Source: Camelus dromedarius
Lineage: Eukaryota
Assembly (NCBI RefSeq): GCF_036321535.1
Contig: NC_087437.1
Span: 76,572,001-76,636,000 of the forward strand
Length of the DNA: 64,000 nt
Reading direction: 5' to 3'
In this document: positions 24,291-38,121 of the stretch, in pieces
Position numbering within the stretch: the first letter of the stretch is position 1
Layout: every line of letters begins with the position of its first letter
Program-made: the position numbers and the translations under genes
Notes under the pieces: generated by a model
Told to the model about the DNA's origin: nothing
The model's input: only the letters and a program-made list of their open reading frames with translations
The model's database searches: none

Positions 24291-25409
24291 CACTGAGGTG
24301 AGGAGGAGCATGGCATTTTTGATTACCTTAAAGACGATAGTGAGGCAGGGATACAGTGAGAGGTGGGAGGGGCAGGAGACGAGGCTTGCATGATGGTTGG
24401 GGTGAGAATTTGCGGTGATTGGAAGGCCTGTGTGATTAGGATTTTGGCATTAGTTTTAAGCGAGGGGACGCCATGGGGTCTTTGACTTTGGGTGTTGGGA
24501 GGGTGTTGGTAGTGAACGCCTTGGTTTTTCCCTCTCTATGAGATCTACAGCTGATGGCCTTCTTCCGGAAAGCTGCTGAACCATTGAGCCCACAGAATAC
24601 CTGATGGTTCTTGGCTTGGGTGAAGGTCAGGAGAAAGATGACAGAACTGTGAGTGGAGTGACAGAGGCTCAGCCCTGTTCCCCACTTTTGGTAAGGATAT
24701 GTGGGCTTCCTACATGTAGGGAAACCACCACCAATTGTGGCCATGACCTAGGCAGTGCTGCAAGTACCGTTTTGGTAAGGAGTGAGGGAATGCCAGCTGT
24801 GGCTGGTATTGAGGCGGGAAGGAATAGACTTAGCTTCAACCTGGTGTCCCAGCCAAGGAACCATGGAAGAGGAGGCCCAAAGTACCTTCCCAAGAACCGA
24901 CCAAGAGCCAAGACTTGGAGCTCTCTTTCAAAGGTGGCATTGACAAGCAGTCATAGTTTAACAGAGAAAGAGCAACAACTTAAAGAAAGAGAACGGTGTA
25001 TTTGTCACCAGGCATTGTGGTCTCAAGTGATCAGATGTCTCCTGCCTCCGCTCACTGCCACTGAAGCTGTGGTGGAGAGTGCTGTCTGGGGATCACATCC
25101 CTTCCTCCTCACCCCCAATTACTTCCAGTTAGTAGTGTGTCCTGCTTTTGTGGAAGAGGGAGAAATGTAAGATATGAGATAATGTTAACCTAACTGAAGA
25201 AATGTTACAAATAGGGCTGAGATCTGTAAGGAGCTTATACCTAGGTGGAATGGAGATTGAAAGAGGACATTTGATAGGTATTATTTGAGAAAATGGTTAA
25301 ACGATTCCAGATCTGTATTCAATTAGTTGAGGCTCCTTAATCAAACCAAATAAATGTATATTATTTAATGCTATTATTATTTTGATATGTATAACAAAAA
25401 TTTGAGTTA

Positions 25410-25568
25410 AATATTACTATTCCCACACTGCAAGTGGGTAAGATGAGGTTTCATGAGTCCAAGTGACTTGCCCAAGAGCTCACAGCTAGCGAGATGTAGA
25501 TCAGGGATTGGAGCCCTCAGTGCCTGACTTTGAAGCCTGTGCCCTTTCTAATCCACTGCACTGCTCCA
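25410..25568 (-). mobile_element. MIR SINE
   Basis: AAGTGACTTGCCCAAGAGCTCACAGCTAG..GGATTGGAGCCC..CCTGACTTTGAAGCCTGTGCCCTTTCT. Confidence 0.75.
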
Positions 25569-26929
25569 TATACACACAGCTCATTGGTTTCAGGGCAGTG
25601 ACAAGTTTAAACAGAGTTACAGCTAAATAAGCGCTAGTGATATTACAGTGTCACATGGATCAAACTACCTGAGGTTACAAAGGGTAGAATGATGTAAATA
25701 ATTGACTCTGGTATAATGGCAGTTCCGATTTTGATGTTGATTTCTACTAAGACTACAGAAAGAACTCTGGTACTTCCCTCTTTGTTCTCTGTCAGATAGC
25801 GCCGAATTATTCTCAGCATAACACACATGATTATTTATTTTTTACTGTCTATTGCACACACACTGGCCAACCCCGCACTCCCCCATTCCCCACTGTCTTT
25901 AGTGTCAGCTCAGTTACCTTATTTGTCTTCTTTTCATATATATTACCAGCAGCCTAGAACCAGGACTTAGTATATAATAAGCCCTTTATAAAAACTTTTT
26001 GAATGAATGAGGAGCTAATATTTAAGCTACCACCTAAATTTGACCCTAAAGAGTTAGGGGCAAAGAAGGAGGAGCAACAGGAGGATGTTGTGGACTGAAT
26101 GTTTGCGTCCCCATGAGGAATACCTTGCCCAGTCTCCCAGAAGATTATGACAGGAACTGAAGGGTAAAGGCCAGGGAGCCATTCCCGGTATAGTCAGTGA
26201 AAATTTCCAAGTAAGTTTACTTAGGTGTTTGAAGAAAGAGGACTACTTTTCAAAACTCATCAATTCACATTCTGCCTAAAGGTAAAACACACATTTGTAG
26301 TGTGTTCATGCTTTCTCTATGTTTTAGATGAAACTGAGTTAACTCAGAACTTTCCCCCTCCCCTGCCTTCTCAAAGTGGCATCAATGTTCTGGCACCAGA
26401 GTGGGGCATCTGGTCCAAGCTGTCCTTTCTCCCATACAGCTGTCCACAAGCTGGGATGTCACTCATCCTGTCTGGCCTTTGGCCTTTGGCTTTGCTCCCT
26501 GCTGCCATCATTGGAGGTGTCAGGGTTACCACCTGGTGGGGGGACTGCAAAGCTCTCTGCTGCAGGGGGCCTGTATCATGACCATAGATACTTCAGGGCT
26601 CTCCTTTCAGCTGTTCTGCACAGTTCTAGAGGCCAGCGACACTGGGCTTCTCTCTCATGCCATTCCTGGCTGGGCAAAGGGTATAATGTCATGGTTTGGC
26701 TGCCTCAGCCTTTCTCCACCTCAGGAATGAGCTTTGCTCTATTGCAGCTACACCAGGGGCCACTGCATAATTCTGGGAATTCCCGCTCAGAGCCCTCACC
26801 TAGGAAGAGACTATTCCCAGATTCCCAAATATTTCTGAGGGTTCTGTTGTTGTCTTCCACTCTAGGGCTAGTCAAGTGTTATTTTGATTATACACAAAGG
26901 TGGAGGCTGAAGACCAGATATATATAACA

Positions 26930-27815
26930 CATTCAAAACTGAATTCTTGTTTTAACTGTTTCTCTTTAAGTCTTTCCTATTTAGAAAATGACTATCCCAC
27001 CCGCCATGGGAGTCATTGTTAGGTCCTGCCGTTCATTCATTCCCTGTGTCCAGTCCAACACCAGATCCTGCCAGCTCAGCTTCTAAAATACATCCTGAAT
27101 GTGACCATAGGTTTTCCTTTCCAGCACCAACTACTTCTAGATGGAACCACCACCACTTCTAGATGGTCCTATTACAATAGCCTTCTTTGTCTCTTCATTT
27201 TCACTCTTACTTCTCCAGCCTGTTTTCCACAAAGCAGACAGAGAAGTTTTTTTAAAAATATAAATGTGATCATGTCACTGTGCAGCTTAAAACTCTATTA
27301 GTGATTTCTGTTGCACTTTACACAAAATGACAACTCCCTGTATAACGTGTCACACAGTTTGATTTCCTCTTTTTCTAATGCAATCCTATTTCTCTCCTCA
27401 CCCACTTGCTCTAGTCACTCAACTTTCCTTTAAGTTCCCAGAAATGGGAATATTTTTCCTACCACTGGGCCTTTGCCCATGCTCCTTCTTCTTCCTGGAA
27501 TGTTCACTGGTGCTGCCCATTGTGTGGCTGGCTCCTTCTCTCAGGTCTTGGTCATAAACGATCCTCTTTTCTGTTGTCTCTGTTATTCTCTCTACCCACA
27601 CTTTGTTTTTTTTTTTTTTCCTTTAGAACACTTTCACAGTATGACACTATGCTGGGTCACTTGTTCATTGTCTGTCACCCCAAATTGACTGTTTCCTCCT
27701 CCCCAAGAAAAAGTGCCATATCTTTTTATTGATTCACTGATATACTCCCTCACATCTAGCACAGTAACTTGCATGTAATAATGCTAAAGTAAATGGTTAT
27801 TCAATGAATGAATAT
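26930..27815 (+). mobile_element. L2 3' region (L2a-like)
   Basis: CAAAACTGAATTCTTG..CTATTACAATAGCCTTCT..GATCATGTCACT..GGGCCTTTGCCCATGCT..TCTAGCACAGTAACTTGCATGTAAT..TGAATGAAT. Confidence 0.8.
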
Positions 27816-27854
27816 TTGAAAAGAAACAAGTGCTATATAATGTCATTGTTAAGA

Positions 27855-28060
27855 GAGAGGACTCTGGGGCCATACTTCCCTGAGCTCAGATCCTTTCCTA
27901 GGTGAGTGACTTGGCCAAGTCATTGTTCATTTTGTGTTCAGGTTCTTCCTCTGTAAAGTGAGGGTCATAATAGTACCAAGCACATAGGGTGGTTTTGAGC
28001 ATGAAATATTTTTAATATATTAATATATGTCAACATGCCTGGCACATAGGAGCACTCTGT
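27855..28060 (+). mobile_element. MIR SINE
   Basis: GTGACTTGGCCAAGTCA..TTCCTCTGTAAAGTGAGG..ATGCCTGGCACATAGGAGCACTC. Confidence 0.75.
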
Positions 28061-31000
28061 GTTGGCTGTTATTCGAGGAGAGGAGGTAGAGGCAGACCGT
28101 TGTCCTCTGGACCTACAGAAGGAGGGTTGGGTGGGGGCAGGACCCTGTCTGTGGTTCTGACAAGCCCAGTCCAGAGGGCTGCACCCAGGGCAGGGGAGAG
28201 GACAGTTGCTAAGTTGGAGAAACAGCTTAGAAATTGGGGCAATCCATATTCTGTGTGAAAGACGGGCTCCAGGAAGGGTGTTATCAAATGGAGTCACCAT
28301 CAAAGACAATGTAGCCAATTCTAACTTTTGCCTGTGGCTTGCAGGGGCTGTCTGTCATTGGCAGGGACTAAACTGCCGCTGATTTTGACACAAATTCAAT
28401 GAAACTGGTATTTTAGAATTTGTTTGTCTCCATGAGGGAAAAAAAAAACTTAATCATGAGAGGAGAAATGTGCATGCTTGCAGACCTGTGGTTTGCAAAT
28501 TGCTTATAATTTTCCTACTACTGTCTGCCGCAAAAATACCTCAGCCTGACAAGATCAGAACTACTGTCATCTTTTTACATTTAATTTTAATTTACACCAA
28601 ATAATGTTCTTCCTGCTCCATTTCTTCCAATTCATTTCTTCTCCTCCCCTGTTCATTTTTCCTTATCACTTCAAAGTTACTTCTTTCAGCAGTGTCATCT
28701 TCTTTTGCTGTAATGTGTGTCACCTTTATACATCTAATAAACACATTATTTTCATTTCAAGTTTATGTCCTCTGTGGTCACACTTCTAAGCTGTAGAATT
28801 AAACTTAGAAAAAAATGATAAGCTGACTATAGAGATTATTTCGCTTTTGTTAGCAATCATTTTGGCTGACAATTCTTTATTTTGGAAACATTAGTTTTGA
28901 ATTTAATTTAGAAATTCAAGGTGCATGACAGTGTACATGAATGACCCCTTTTCCTTCCCTCCTTTCTATCTCTTCCCCGCCTCTCTTTCTTTCTTTCCTT
29001 TTCCATGCTTTTACAATACACCTATAACATGAAGAAAACTTATTAAATTTTCTGGTTATTGGTTTGTATATTTTATATACCTTGGATTTACTACTAACAG
29101 ATTTTCAGACAGTTTTTTTTTTTAAACACAAAGTGTTTACTATGACATAAGACCTTGCACTGGGGAATAACTTTACTATAAATATGCAATGCATAGCCTT
29201 AGGGACAGGTGTTTGGTTTGTTTCTCAGCTCAACAAGTAAGCATTTACTAACTGCCACTTACAGATACTGAACACTACCCTAGATGAATCATAAACTTGC
29301 TCTAATTTGGTAATGTTTTATGTATGTGCTCCAGAGCTACATATTTTATCATAATATATTGCCTTCATAATTATTCTGCTTTGGAATATGGAAACACTCA
29401 ATGCTCTAGTTTCTTCATACTGGTAAATTCAGGTCAGTTTTGCCTCCCCTTTGGCTTCTAACCTCCTCCCAAAGAAGTTACCTCTTACTGCATTCTTAAT
29501 ATCACATGTTGAAAGTTCTACCTGAGAGACTTTAGTTTTGCTAATTCAGTTTTTCCCTAAGAGATGATCGCTACTATTCTTTTGAATTATTGCATCCATT
29601 TTAGAAAAGGAACTAATTATTCTCTATTTAACGAGGAGTATCCTGGGACCGATATAGTTGGATTCATGTGAAAATGCATATGTGGTAGTGAGGAGATCAT
29701 TTTCTCCAACAGAATGTCATTTCAAAAGTGATTTAAATGGAACAGAAAGAAGTGGTCATGAATATGGTTGCCTTTATAGCTAATGCAGATCTCTAACTTC
29801 TACCATGGATATTCCTGAGTAGCACATTCTCAGTAAAAGTTTCTCAATATGACAGTTTCCCAGGCTTGACTTTCGTGATGGCTTTTGAAAGTTTTACATA
29901 GTATTTAGAAAATATGAGTTCCATAGATATGGATATATTGGTTGTAAGACACCAATAGGAAAACCACCTTCTGCAAAGCTTTAGTGATTGCCAAATGGTT
30001 ACGGAAAAGTTAATCATATAATTACCGTAATTACAGGGAAGTAAAGGAAGAGACCCATCTTCTTGTACTTCATAAGGCTTTGAGAATGCAGTCTCCATAG
30101 AGAGGAAGAGATGATCAATTTAAGCAGTCAGTGAAGTCTTCTCCTTCACAAGATTTAAAAGGCATTTGTATCCAACTCTATGTGTGTTGTAAAATTAAAC
30201 AGCTTTTTTAGAAACATGTTTGGAAAAACAAAGCTCAGATCCTACTTCACTTTCACTTTTCAATTTATTATATGTATTAAACTTTTACCTTGACTTCTGA
30301 ATTAAAGTGCAACAGCAACTCAAAAAAAAGTGATGTCATAGCTGATGACCTGGATAATTACGTGTTGATATAGCCGCGGAAGACTATAGTGCCATCAATA
30401 CTCCTTTTCTTGCTGCATAAGGATCCATTGATGTACCCTGGCTTGCAATCCATCCTTCAATTACAGACAAAGCTTTGTTCCTTTCTTTCAAGGTACATAC
30501 TTTGCTCTAAGAAGTTTTGTGACAATTATAAATTTACTTCTGAATTTTCTGCATTACAGATTCCACTCCAGTACACTAAAACTGGCTGCAGTGAAAAAAA
30601 TGTGTATCGTACATTCTGCATATGTTACCCATTCCAGCGTGAATGCTTGGAAGATAATTTTTTCCATGTTATTGACTTTGGTGAACCTCACTGCTGCTGT
30701 GTAAGCAAAATACCCTCCACATTTGAGCAGAGAAGTGGAATCAAGATAGAAACCTTATATGGTAGTAGGGATGATCACTGCCTCCATTGTTTCATCGATT
30801 CCTTCATTTGGAATCTTTAAATAAGCATTTATTATTAATTGCCTATTATCAATCAAGGCTTCTTCCTGGAACTTTCTTTTCCTTTCATATCTGCTTTTTC
30901 TATAAAGAAGTTTTATTTTACAATTTAAGCAGGGTTTTGTTTGATTTGGGCTGTGTTGTTTACATGATGAATAGTTTTAGTTAGAATAAATTTCAGTGGT

Positions 31001-31894
31001 TGCTAATAAAATGGGGTAAGATGCCAGGTTGGGGTCTAGTTGTCACAGCTGGGGGAAGTTAACTGCCACACCCCTCTTTTGGGCCTTCTGGTGTTCAGCT
31101 GACACCAGATTTGATCAGTTCCTAAAGGTGTGATGCACCTGGTCTTGACATGCCACCTGGGTATTCACAGCTTCATTGCAACGTGAGGTGCCTGCTTTAC
31201 TTCTGATTCCACAATCTTATGATTCCGAGAACAAATCTCCAAAATTACTGTCAACTTCTAGTTATGTATGATAGAAATTTTTGAAACGTGATGCAGGCTT
31301 CTGACTGACTTGTTTTCCTTAGGCAAATTACCATTTCAGAATAATATGCATCATCTGGAAAGTACAGCATAATTAGATGTAAAGTATCTTTAAAGTAATT
31401 TTCAGTAGCAGAGTTATCAGCATATATTGGCACTTACAGATGACTTATGTAGTATGTTTTGTTGATGCTTACAGATTAACCCCTGCTAATCCTCAGGACT
31501 ATATGACACTGGGACCAACATGTTGTACTTCACTCCTTTGGTAACAAAAGAACTCATTTATCAACCATTATTTCTGAACAGAGATACTTCTAATAGATTA
31601 AAACACTGCCAATTCTCTAGTGCTCTCTCTTCAGTATTCTGTTGCAGAAAATGTCAAGTCACGTAACTTCAGCTCTGTCTTTTATTTGCTCTGGCTGACC
31701 ACCGAGTTCTCTTCATTCCTTCCAGAGGGAAACGTGCTGACATAACATGTGAGAATAAAGTGAGAAGCTGAATCTAGAGGTACATCTAATCACCATAGCA
31801 TTAGGAGGTATTTGGCCCACAGTCCCAAACTTCTGACAGTGGCAGGACCCTTAGTCTACTAGAATATAAATTCCAGTGAGATTTATACCGGAGC

Positions 31895-32010
31895 TGTGCT
31901 TCTCAAACTTTAATGTGCATGTGGATCACCCAGAACCTTCTGAAAATGTGGATACTAATTTAATAGGCTTGGAATGAAGCCCAGGATTTTACATTGCTAC
32001 AAGTTCAGTA
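31895..32010. mobile_element. MER5-like hAT-Charlie fragment
   Basis: GTGCTTCTCAAACTTTAATGTGCATGTGGATCACC..AAAATGTGGAT..TAGGCTTGGAATGAAGCCCAGGA. Confidence 0.7.
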
Positions 32011-32309
32011 CTCAAACCTGGCCTAGAGGAGCAGAACTCTTTTGATTTAAAATATAGACCCTAAGTGTTACGGGCCAGATAAAATTGATATTCTTAGATT
32101 TCCATGCAGAGGAATTGAACCCCAAGAGAAGGCCTTACCACTGACATTCTCACGCTGAATGGACCCACTCAGAATTCTCAATGCAGAATTCTAGCGGTAC
32201 TAAACTCTTCATTCTAAAGAGTATTCAACTTGCACCGTGCCTGAGATTAATTTACAGTTTCTCATGTCCTGTGGAGCTGTTGTACAGAGACAGCTAGGAT
32301 AGATGGACA

Positions 32310-32522
32310 AGCAGGTTATCTGGAGTTAGAAATTCTGAGTTTGAGCCCAGTTTTGCCTCTGCTGGGTTCCATGAGCTTGAGCAAGTCATATATCCTCTGT
32401 TTCCATTTCCTTTACTTAAATTGGTAATAGTGAAATACAGCCTTATAGGTTTGCTTTGACTTCAAGTATGAGAATATATATAAAGTGTTTTGTAAATGGC
32501 AAGTGCTATGCAAATATTAGTC
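32310..32522 (+). mobile_element. MIR SINE
   Basis: TCTGGAGTTAGAAATTCTGAGTTTGAGCCCAG..TTGAGCAAGTCA..AAAGTGTTTTGTAAA..GTGCTATGCAAAT. Confidence 0.7.
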
Positions 32523-35353
32523 GATGGGTTTGTAACCTAGCAATGGTGATTTACACTCACACCAGAATACTTACGTTGCCTGAGATCCTTTTGTTGTTTG
32601 TTTACTAGCAGCAGATATCCTGGCACAGACCTTGGGTATTTCGTTGTTTCCTCTGGGTGTCATTTGTATGCAGTCACTGGTGACAATTCTGTCATAAAAA
32701 CCCATTATTGTTTTCCCCTTAAAACACCAGTATTGTCATTAACACCTCATTATGTTTTGGGGAAGGGGACAGGACGGGTAGAGGGTATGAGAGCTGGTGT
32801 AGAACTCTGCTTGTAAGAACTAATTAGTGTCCTGTGGCAGTCATGGGTGGTATCCTGACTCACCTGAAACTTCCAAGAATTCCTTAATCAACACAGAGGT
32901 ATGCTTGGTCCCAGGAGAACATACTGTTCTCATCACCTGGTGAAGAAGTCGGCCTGTAGGCAGCTTGCATTTAAATTGATTTCTTGATAAGCATTGACTT
33001 TATTAAATTTTAGACAAAATGCCCTATGGCATCTGTCAGTGATAAGTGACAAGAAATACATTAAAAGTTTAGTGAACACTTAGGAATTCTTTATCAGGAG
33101 GAATTTATTGAATGCCCCCTAGATGAGAATAATAATGCTTGCATTTATAACTTGCAAGTCATTTCCACACATTTTATTTATGACACAATTTTCATTGAGT
33201 CTATTCCCTTTTCTGATACAAAAAACAACTTTGTGGGGCTTTCATTCATCATTATGTTACAGACCCAGCACAATTTCCATTTCAGGGAAACATCTTTGAG
33301 AGAAAAAGTCAAGAAGAAGGAAGAGAAGGAGGGAGGAAGGAAGGAGAATGGTAAACACACAAGTGTTTTTTTTTTTTTCTTTTCTTTTTTTCCCCCCAGA
33401 AAACATTCTCTGAGTTAATGCCCCAAAACAGAAGAAATGGTTTTGAACAACTAAGTGTGTGAGACATTGTGTCAGGCTTTCTGGAGTTGATATCTTAATT
33501 TGTCAGAATGTACATTTTTACAGAAACTAAGAAGTTCAATAGCTGCTTTGGTGTGCATTTAGTTTGATTTAGTCCTACTTTCTGCTTTTCTTTCCAGACT
33601 GATTTTTTTCAACCTTAGCCATGTCTTTGTATTCCTGTCATTCTCTACTACTATTAGAATACTCTGAGGATTTGTCATTAAAGTTTGAGTTACACTAAGC
33701 ATCCACGGTCTTTCTTTTAAGGCAGTGTTTTCAATAAGGAAGATGGCACCTCCCATGGAATCATACTTAGGGGGTCTTTCCCCTGCTGAGGAGGCCTCAT
33801 CCAGGACTGTCAGACTCATCGTCTCAGCGCACAGTCCTGTTGTGGAACAGGTGGTGCCCGGGTGAGGCTCCATTAGTTGCAGGTTGCTTCTGCAGTGCCT
33901 GCTTTGGCTCAGACCCTTGTGGGGGTTGCAGTCATTGGAAGACTAGTTCAGCCATTTATATACAATATAATTTATGTTTAATCACACCCAGAGCCTTGCC
34001 GAGTAGTAGTCCCACAGGAATTACTCTAATGAATACACGAGCATCTCCTGTATTGAACATATTAATTGCTTATATGCAAATGACTTCAAGTACTTGAATA
34101 GTTTGACTTAAGAAAGATAAACATTATCTCTGTAGTTTTGTATATGATGTTCATTTGCTTAGCAAGCCCTTTTCTGATGGATTAAATAAAAGGAAACTTT
34201 ATAATCAACTGAATACAAATTATCTTCAGTTTGGAAAAACAAATTAATGAGTTTTTATGATCTTAAGTTCCAGACCTCTCTACCACCTGATTCAACATAG
34301 GACAGTTATATACCATAAATTGGTATAAATGACTTATGGTTTTGTAATGACTTTCAGTCGTTATTTTTCTCTACTAACTTTTAAATGGATCCCTAGGTAA
34401 TTTTAAAAGATAGAATTTGTGTTAGTATTTGGGAATTAGATATCAGGCAATTCAGTTTACCTGTATGAATGGCATTTTCTTGGCATTTACATGAATGGAC
34501 CTTCTAGTATCTTTGTTGTCCAAAGACATCCTTGATGATATTTCTCTAGGGTCATCTATCTGCGGTATTAGTTCTGAAGTATAAAAAAGTAGAGTCATAG
34601 CATCTCAGTCTTGGCAGGACCATTAAGGTTAGCTTATAAAAACTATTTTATGCCCAAATCATAATTTTCAGAAAATATTATTTAGTTCCTCTAGTGCAGT
34701 GAGAGGCATTTTCTATATGTAGAGCCAGGCAAATAGTCTTGTGCATTTTAATTTATCATAAGCACACACATATACATTCATAGCAATCAGATGATAAAAT
34801 AATTTTATTGTTAGAGCCAAGTAAATGTATTGTAATTAATTTGAACCACACACATATGGGTGCCTATACCTAAGAAACAGAATTTAATTCTGATCACAGG
34901 GTCACCAGTTGATATAAGAAGGAAAGAGGTCCTTTTAGAATCTATCTGAAAATTTTCAAGAATCTGTATAAAATTCTCCCAATCAGATTCTGTTTTCTGT
35001 TTGTTCATATCTGCAGATATGTGACCTCCTGAATTCTAGATTTGGACAAATTTTCCTTTGAATTTATTTGCCAGGATTTATCTTTATCCCAGGGAAGTTT
35101 AGATGATTCACAAGTTTCCAGAATTGTGTTTGGCATAATGCTGGTTAAGCAAAGTATTTATAAGTAGGCTTTGTAATCTTTTTACTAGTAAATTAAAGGA
35201 ATTCTGGGTATATTTATTCATTCATTAAACAGATGTTTAGTACTTACTATATGGTGAACACCTTGCAAGATGATGTCCATACGATGATGGGCAAAATGGA
35301 CATGATCACTGCCTCCTGTTGCTTATGATCTAGTAAGAAAAACAGACATTAAT

Positions 35354-35711
35354 TGCTATCTTCTGAATGTTTGTGTCCACCCAAAATTTATTACTTGAAA
35401 TCCCAATGTCCAATTGACAGAGGGTGTATCAGAGGGTGGGGCCTTTAGGAGGTGATTAGTGGGTCATGAGAGTAGAGCCCTTGTGAATGAGGTTAGTGTG
35501 CTTATGAAAAAGAGACCGCATAGAACTCCATAGCCCCTTCTACCATGTGAGGACACAGCAAGAAGGCGCAGGCTCTCAGGAAGGGGTCCTCACCTGACCA
35601 TGCGGGCACCTTGACTTTGGACTTCCAGCACCCAGAACCGTGGGAAATAAATTTCTGTTGTTGATAAGCCACCAGTCGATATTGTCAAAGCAGCCCAAAC
35701 GGACTAAGACA
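35354..35711 (+). mobile_element. MaLR solo LTR (MLT1A-like)
   Basis: TGCTAT..TGAATGTTTGTGTCCACCCAAAATT..GGTGGGGCCTTTAGGAGGTGATTAG..GCAGCCCAAACGGACTAAGACA; TG...CA ends with TTAAT/TTAAC flanks. Confidence 0.9.
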
Positions 35712-36109
35712 TTAACCAACTAATTACACAAATATATAATATCTAACTCAGGCAATTGTAGGGAATAAAATATATAGGACATTATTGTAGACTATTTTAG
35801 GAGGTCTTGTTTAGTTCTGGTGTATTTGGGGACCAGAGAAGTTTTCCTAGGAGAAGAGGAAAGTCAGCAATGCAGAAATGGAACAGCATATAAAAAGGGC
35901 TTTAGATAAAAAGAAATATGATGTTTTAGAAATTTAAAAAAGGTCATTGTAGCAGAAGCACACACAATGAGGTAACAAGCTAAGCTGAGGCCAGGATGAG
36001 CAAAGCATCAATGATTTTGTTAAAGACCACTTTTGAGGGAGAGTGACATGATGAGATTTTCATTTTTAAAGTAACACTTGTTACAGTTGGACCTTGGAAT
36101 AAAAGAGGG

Positions 36110-36492
36110 TAGTGTGGACTGAATTGTGACCCCTCCCCCCAATTTATATGTTGAAGCCCTAACTTCTAGTGTGACTGAATGTGGAGATAGGGCCTATAAG
36201 GAAGTAATAAAGGTTATATGAGTTCATAAGTGTGGAGCCTTAATCTGATAGGACTGGCATCTTCATAAAAGAAGAGGAAGAGACAGCAGAGATCTTTCTT
36301 TCTCTCAGTCTGTGCAAGGAGAAGAGGCCACATGAGGACACAATGAGAAGGCAGCCGTTTGCAAGCCAGGAAGTCTAGAGGCACCTTGATCCTGGACTTC
36401 TAGCCTTCATGACTGAGAAAATAAATTTCTGTTATTTAAGCCACCCAGTCTATGGCATTTTTGTATGGCAGCTCAAGCAGACTAATGCTAAC
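36110..36492 (+). mobile_element. MaLR solo LTR (MLT1A/B-like)
   Basis: GTGGACTGAATTGTG..GTTGAAGCCCTAAC..GGAGATAGGGCC..GAGAAAATAAATTTCTGTTATTTAAGCCACCCAGTCTATGG. Confidence 0.88.
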
Positions 36493-37096
36493 AGGTGGCA
36501 AGAATGGATATGGGAGTACTGGGTAGGGGACCACAGCAGTAGTTCTGATAGGAGACAATGTAGTATGTACGGTAGTGGGCATGGCAGAAATTGAGAGAAG
36601 CGTGCAGAAGTGGGAGGCTTTTCATAAGCAGAAGTGACCAGATTGAATGTTGGATTGTATAGATAGGATGAGCGAGAGCGGGATTGAACTTGCCGACTTG
36701 CACCACTAGATGGATGATGCACACTTTAGGAGTCACCCAAGGAAGATAGGGTTTGGGGTGGTGACCCATACGTTCAGTTTTTGACACGTGAAGGCTTAGG
36801 TGCCTTTGGGTATGTCTAAGAGGCAGATGAGAGTGGCACTTAGAGAGAAATTAAACAATGCTCAACAGATTGTGTTATTGCATGACTTCTCAGAACTTTT
36901 AGTACGTTTAAATATGTTTGTATGTGAATTGTGACTCTCCAAGGCAGGGTGATGGTTTCTTGCACTTTTTCAAACTTGGGCCTCTTTACCAATTGGAGAA
37001 AACCACAGATATAGAAAACTATATTTGGTAATTGCCAGTCTATCAGCACATTTTCAACCCTTCTCCTTCCCTGCTGCTTGATATTGGTTAACTTCT

Positions 37097-38103
37097 AAAA
37101 TTAAATTTTTTTTGAAGTTTAATCATTTTTAAATTGAAATATAGTTCATTTACAATGTTGTGTTAATTTCGATTGCACAGCAAAGTGATTCAGTTATTTT
37201 TATATATATATATATTCTTTTTCAGATTTTTTTCCATTAAGGATTATTAAAAGGTATTAAATATGGTTCCCTGTGCTATACAGTAGGTTTTTCTTGTTTA
37301 TCTATTTTATACATAGTAGTGGGAATATCTTGATCCCCAAATCCTAATTTATCCCTCCTCCCTTTTCCCTTTTGGTGACCATAAGTTTTTCTATGTCTGT
37401 TTTGTAAATAAGTTCATTTGTATCATTTTTTTAGATTCCACATGTAAGTGATACCATGTTTGTCTTTCTCTGTTTGATTTAATTCACTTAGTATGATAAT
37501 CTCTAGGTCCATCCATGTTGCTGCAAATGAAATTATTTCATTCTTTTTTATGGCCAAGTAATATTCAATTTATCTTCTTTATCCATTCATCTGTTGATGG
37601 ACATTTAGGTTGCTTTCATGTCTTGGCTATTGTAAATAGTGCTGCTATGAACATTGGGGGTGTCTTTTTGAATTAAAGTTTTTGTCTTTTCTGGATATAT
37701 GACCATGAGTGGGATTTCTGGATCATATAGTAACTGTATTTTTAATTTTTTTTTAAGGAATGTTCATACTGTTCTCCATAGTGGCTGCACAAATTTACAC
37801 TCCCACCATCAGTATAGGAGGATTCCCTTTTCTCCACACCCTCTCCAACATTTATTTATTACCTACAGACTTTTTAATGATGGCCATTCTGACTTGTTTG
37901 GGTTGATAGGTCGTTGTAGTTTTGCTTTGCCTTTCTCTAATAATTAGCAATATTGAACATCTATTTTCATTATGCCTGTTGGCCATCTGGATGTCTTTTT
38001 TGGAGAAATGTCTGTTTTGTTCTTCTGCCCCCCTTTTTTTTTTTTTGATATTGAGCTGTATGAGCTGTTTGTGTATTTTGGAAATTAATCTCTTGCTGGT
38101 CAC
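37097..38103 (-). mobile_element. 5'-truncated cetartiodactyl L1 (ORF2 C-terminus + 3' UTR)
   Basis: Peptide SKRLISKIHKQLIQLN..NRHFSKKDIQMANRH..RCSILLIIRE matches the L1 ORF2 C-terminus; 3' UTR homologous to the 7507-8229 copy. Confidence 0.95.
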
Positions 38104-38121
38104 TTGATATCAGTAACTTTT

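Larger units (their letters stand above)
35210..36830 (-). mobile_element. L2 (antisense) interrupted by two MLT1 LTRs
   Basis: ATTCATTCATTAAACAGATGTTTAGTACTTACTAT tail at 35215; purine-rich L2-like sequence resumes between and after the LTRs. Confidence 0.65.

Noticed and set aside
24604..25170. 188-aa + strand ORF
   Set aside because: No recognisable domain or convincing splice boundaries; purine/GC-richer sequence next to L2, probably a degraded repeat
26225..26927. Three overlapping ORFs up to 183 aa
   Set aside because: Open in all three frames, non-ATG starts, no domain; likely an old LTR-like or GC-richer patch
30358..30453. 31-codon minus-strand smORF MDCKPGYINGSLCSKKRSIDGTIVFRGYINT
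   Set aside because: No recognisable homology, promoter or splice support
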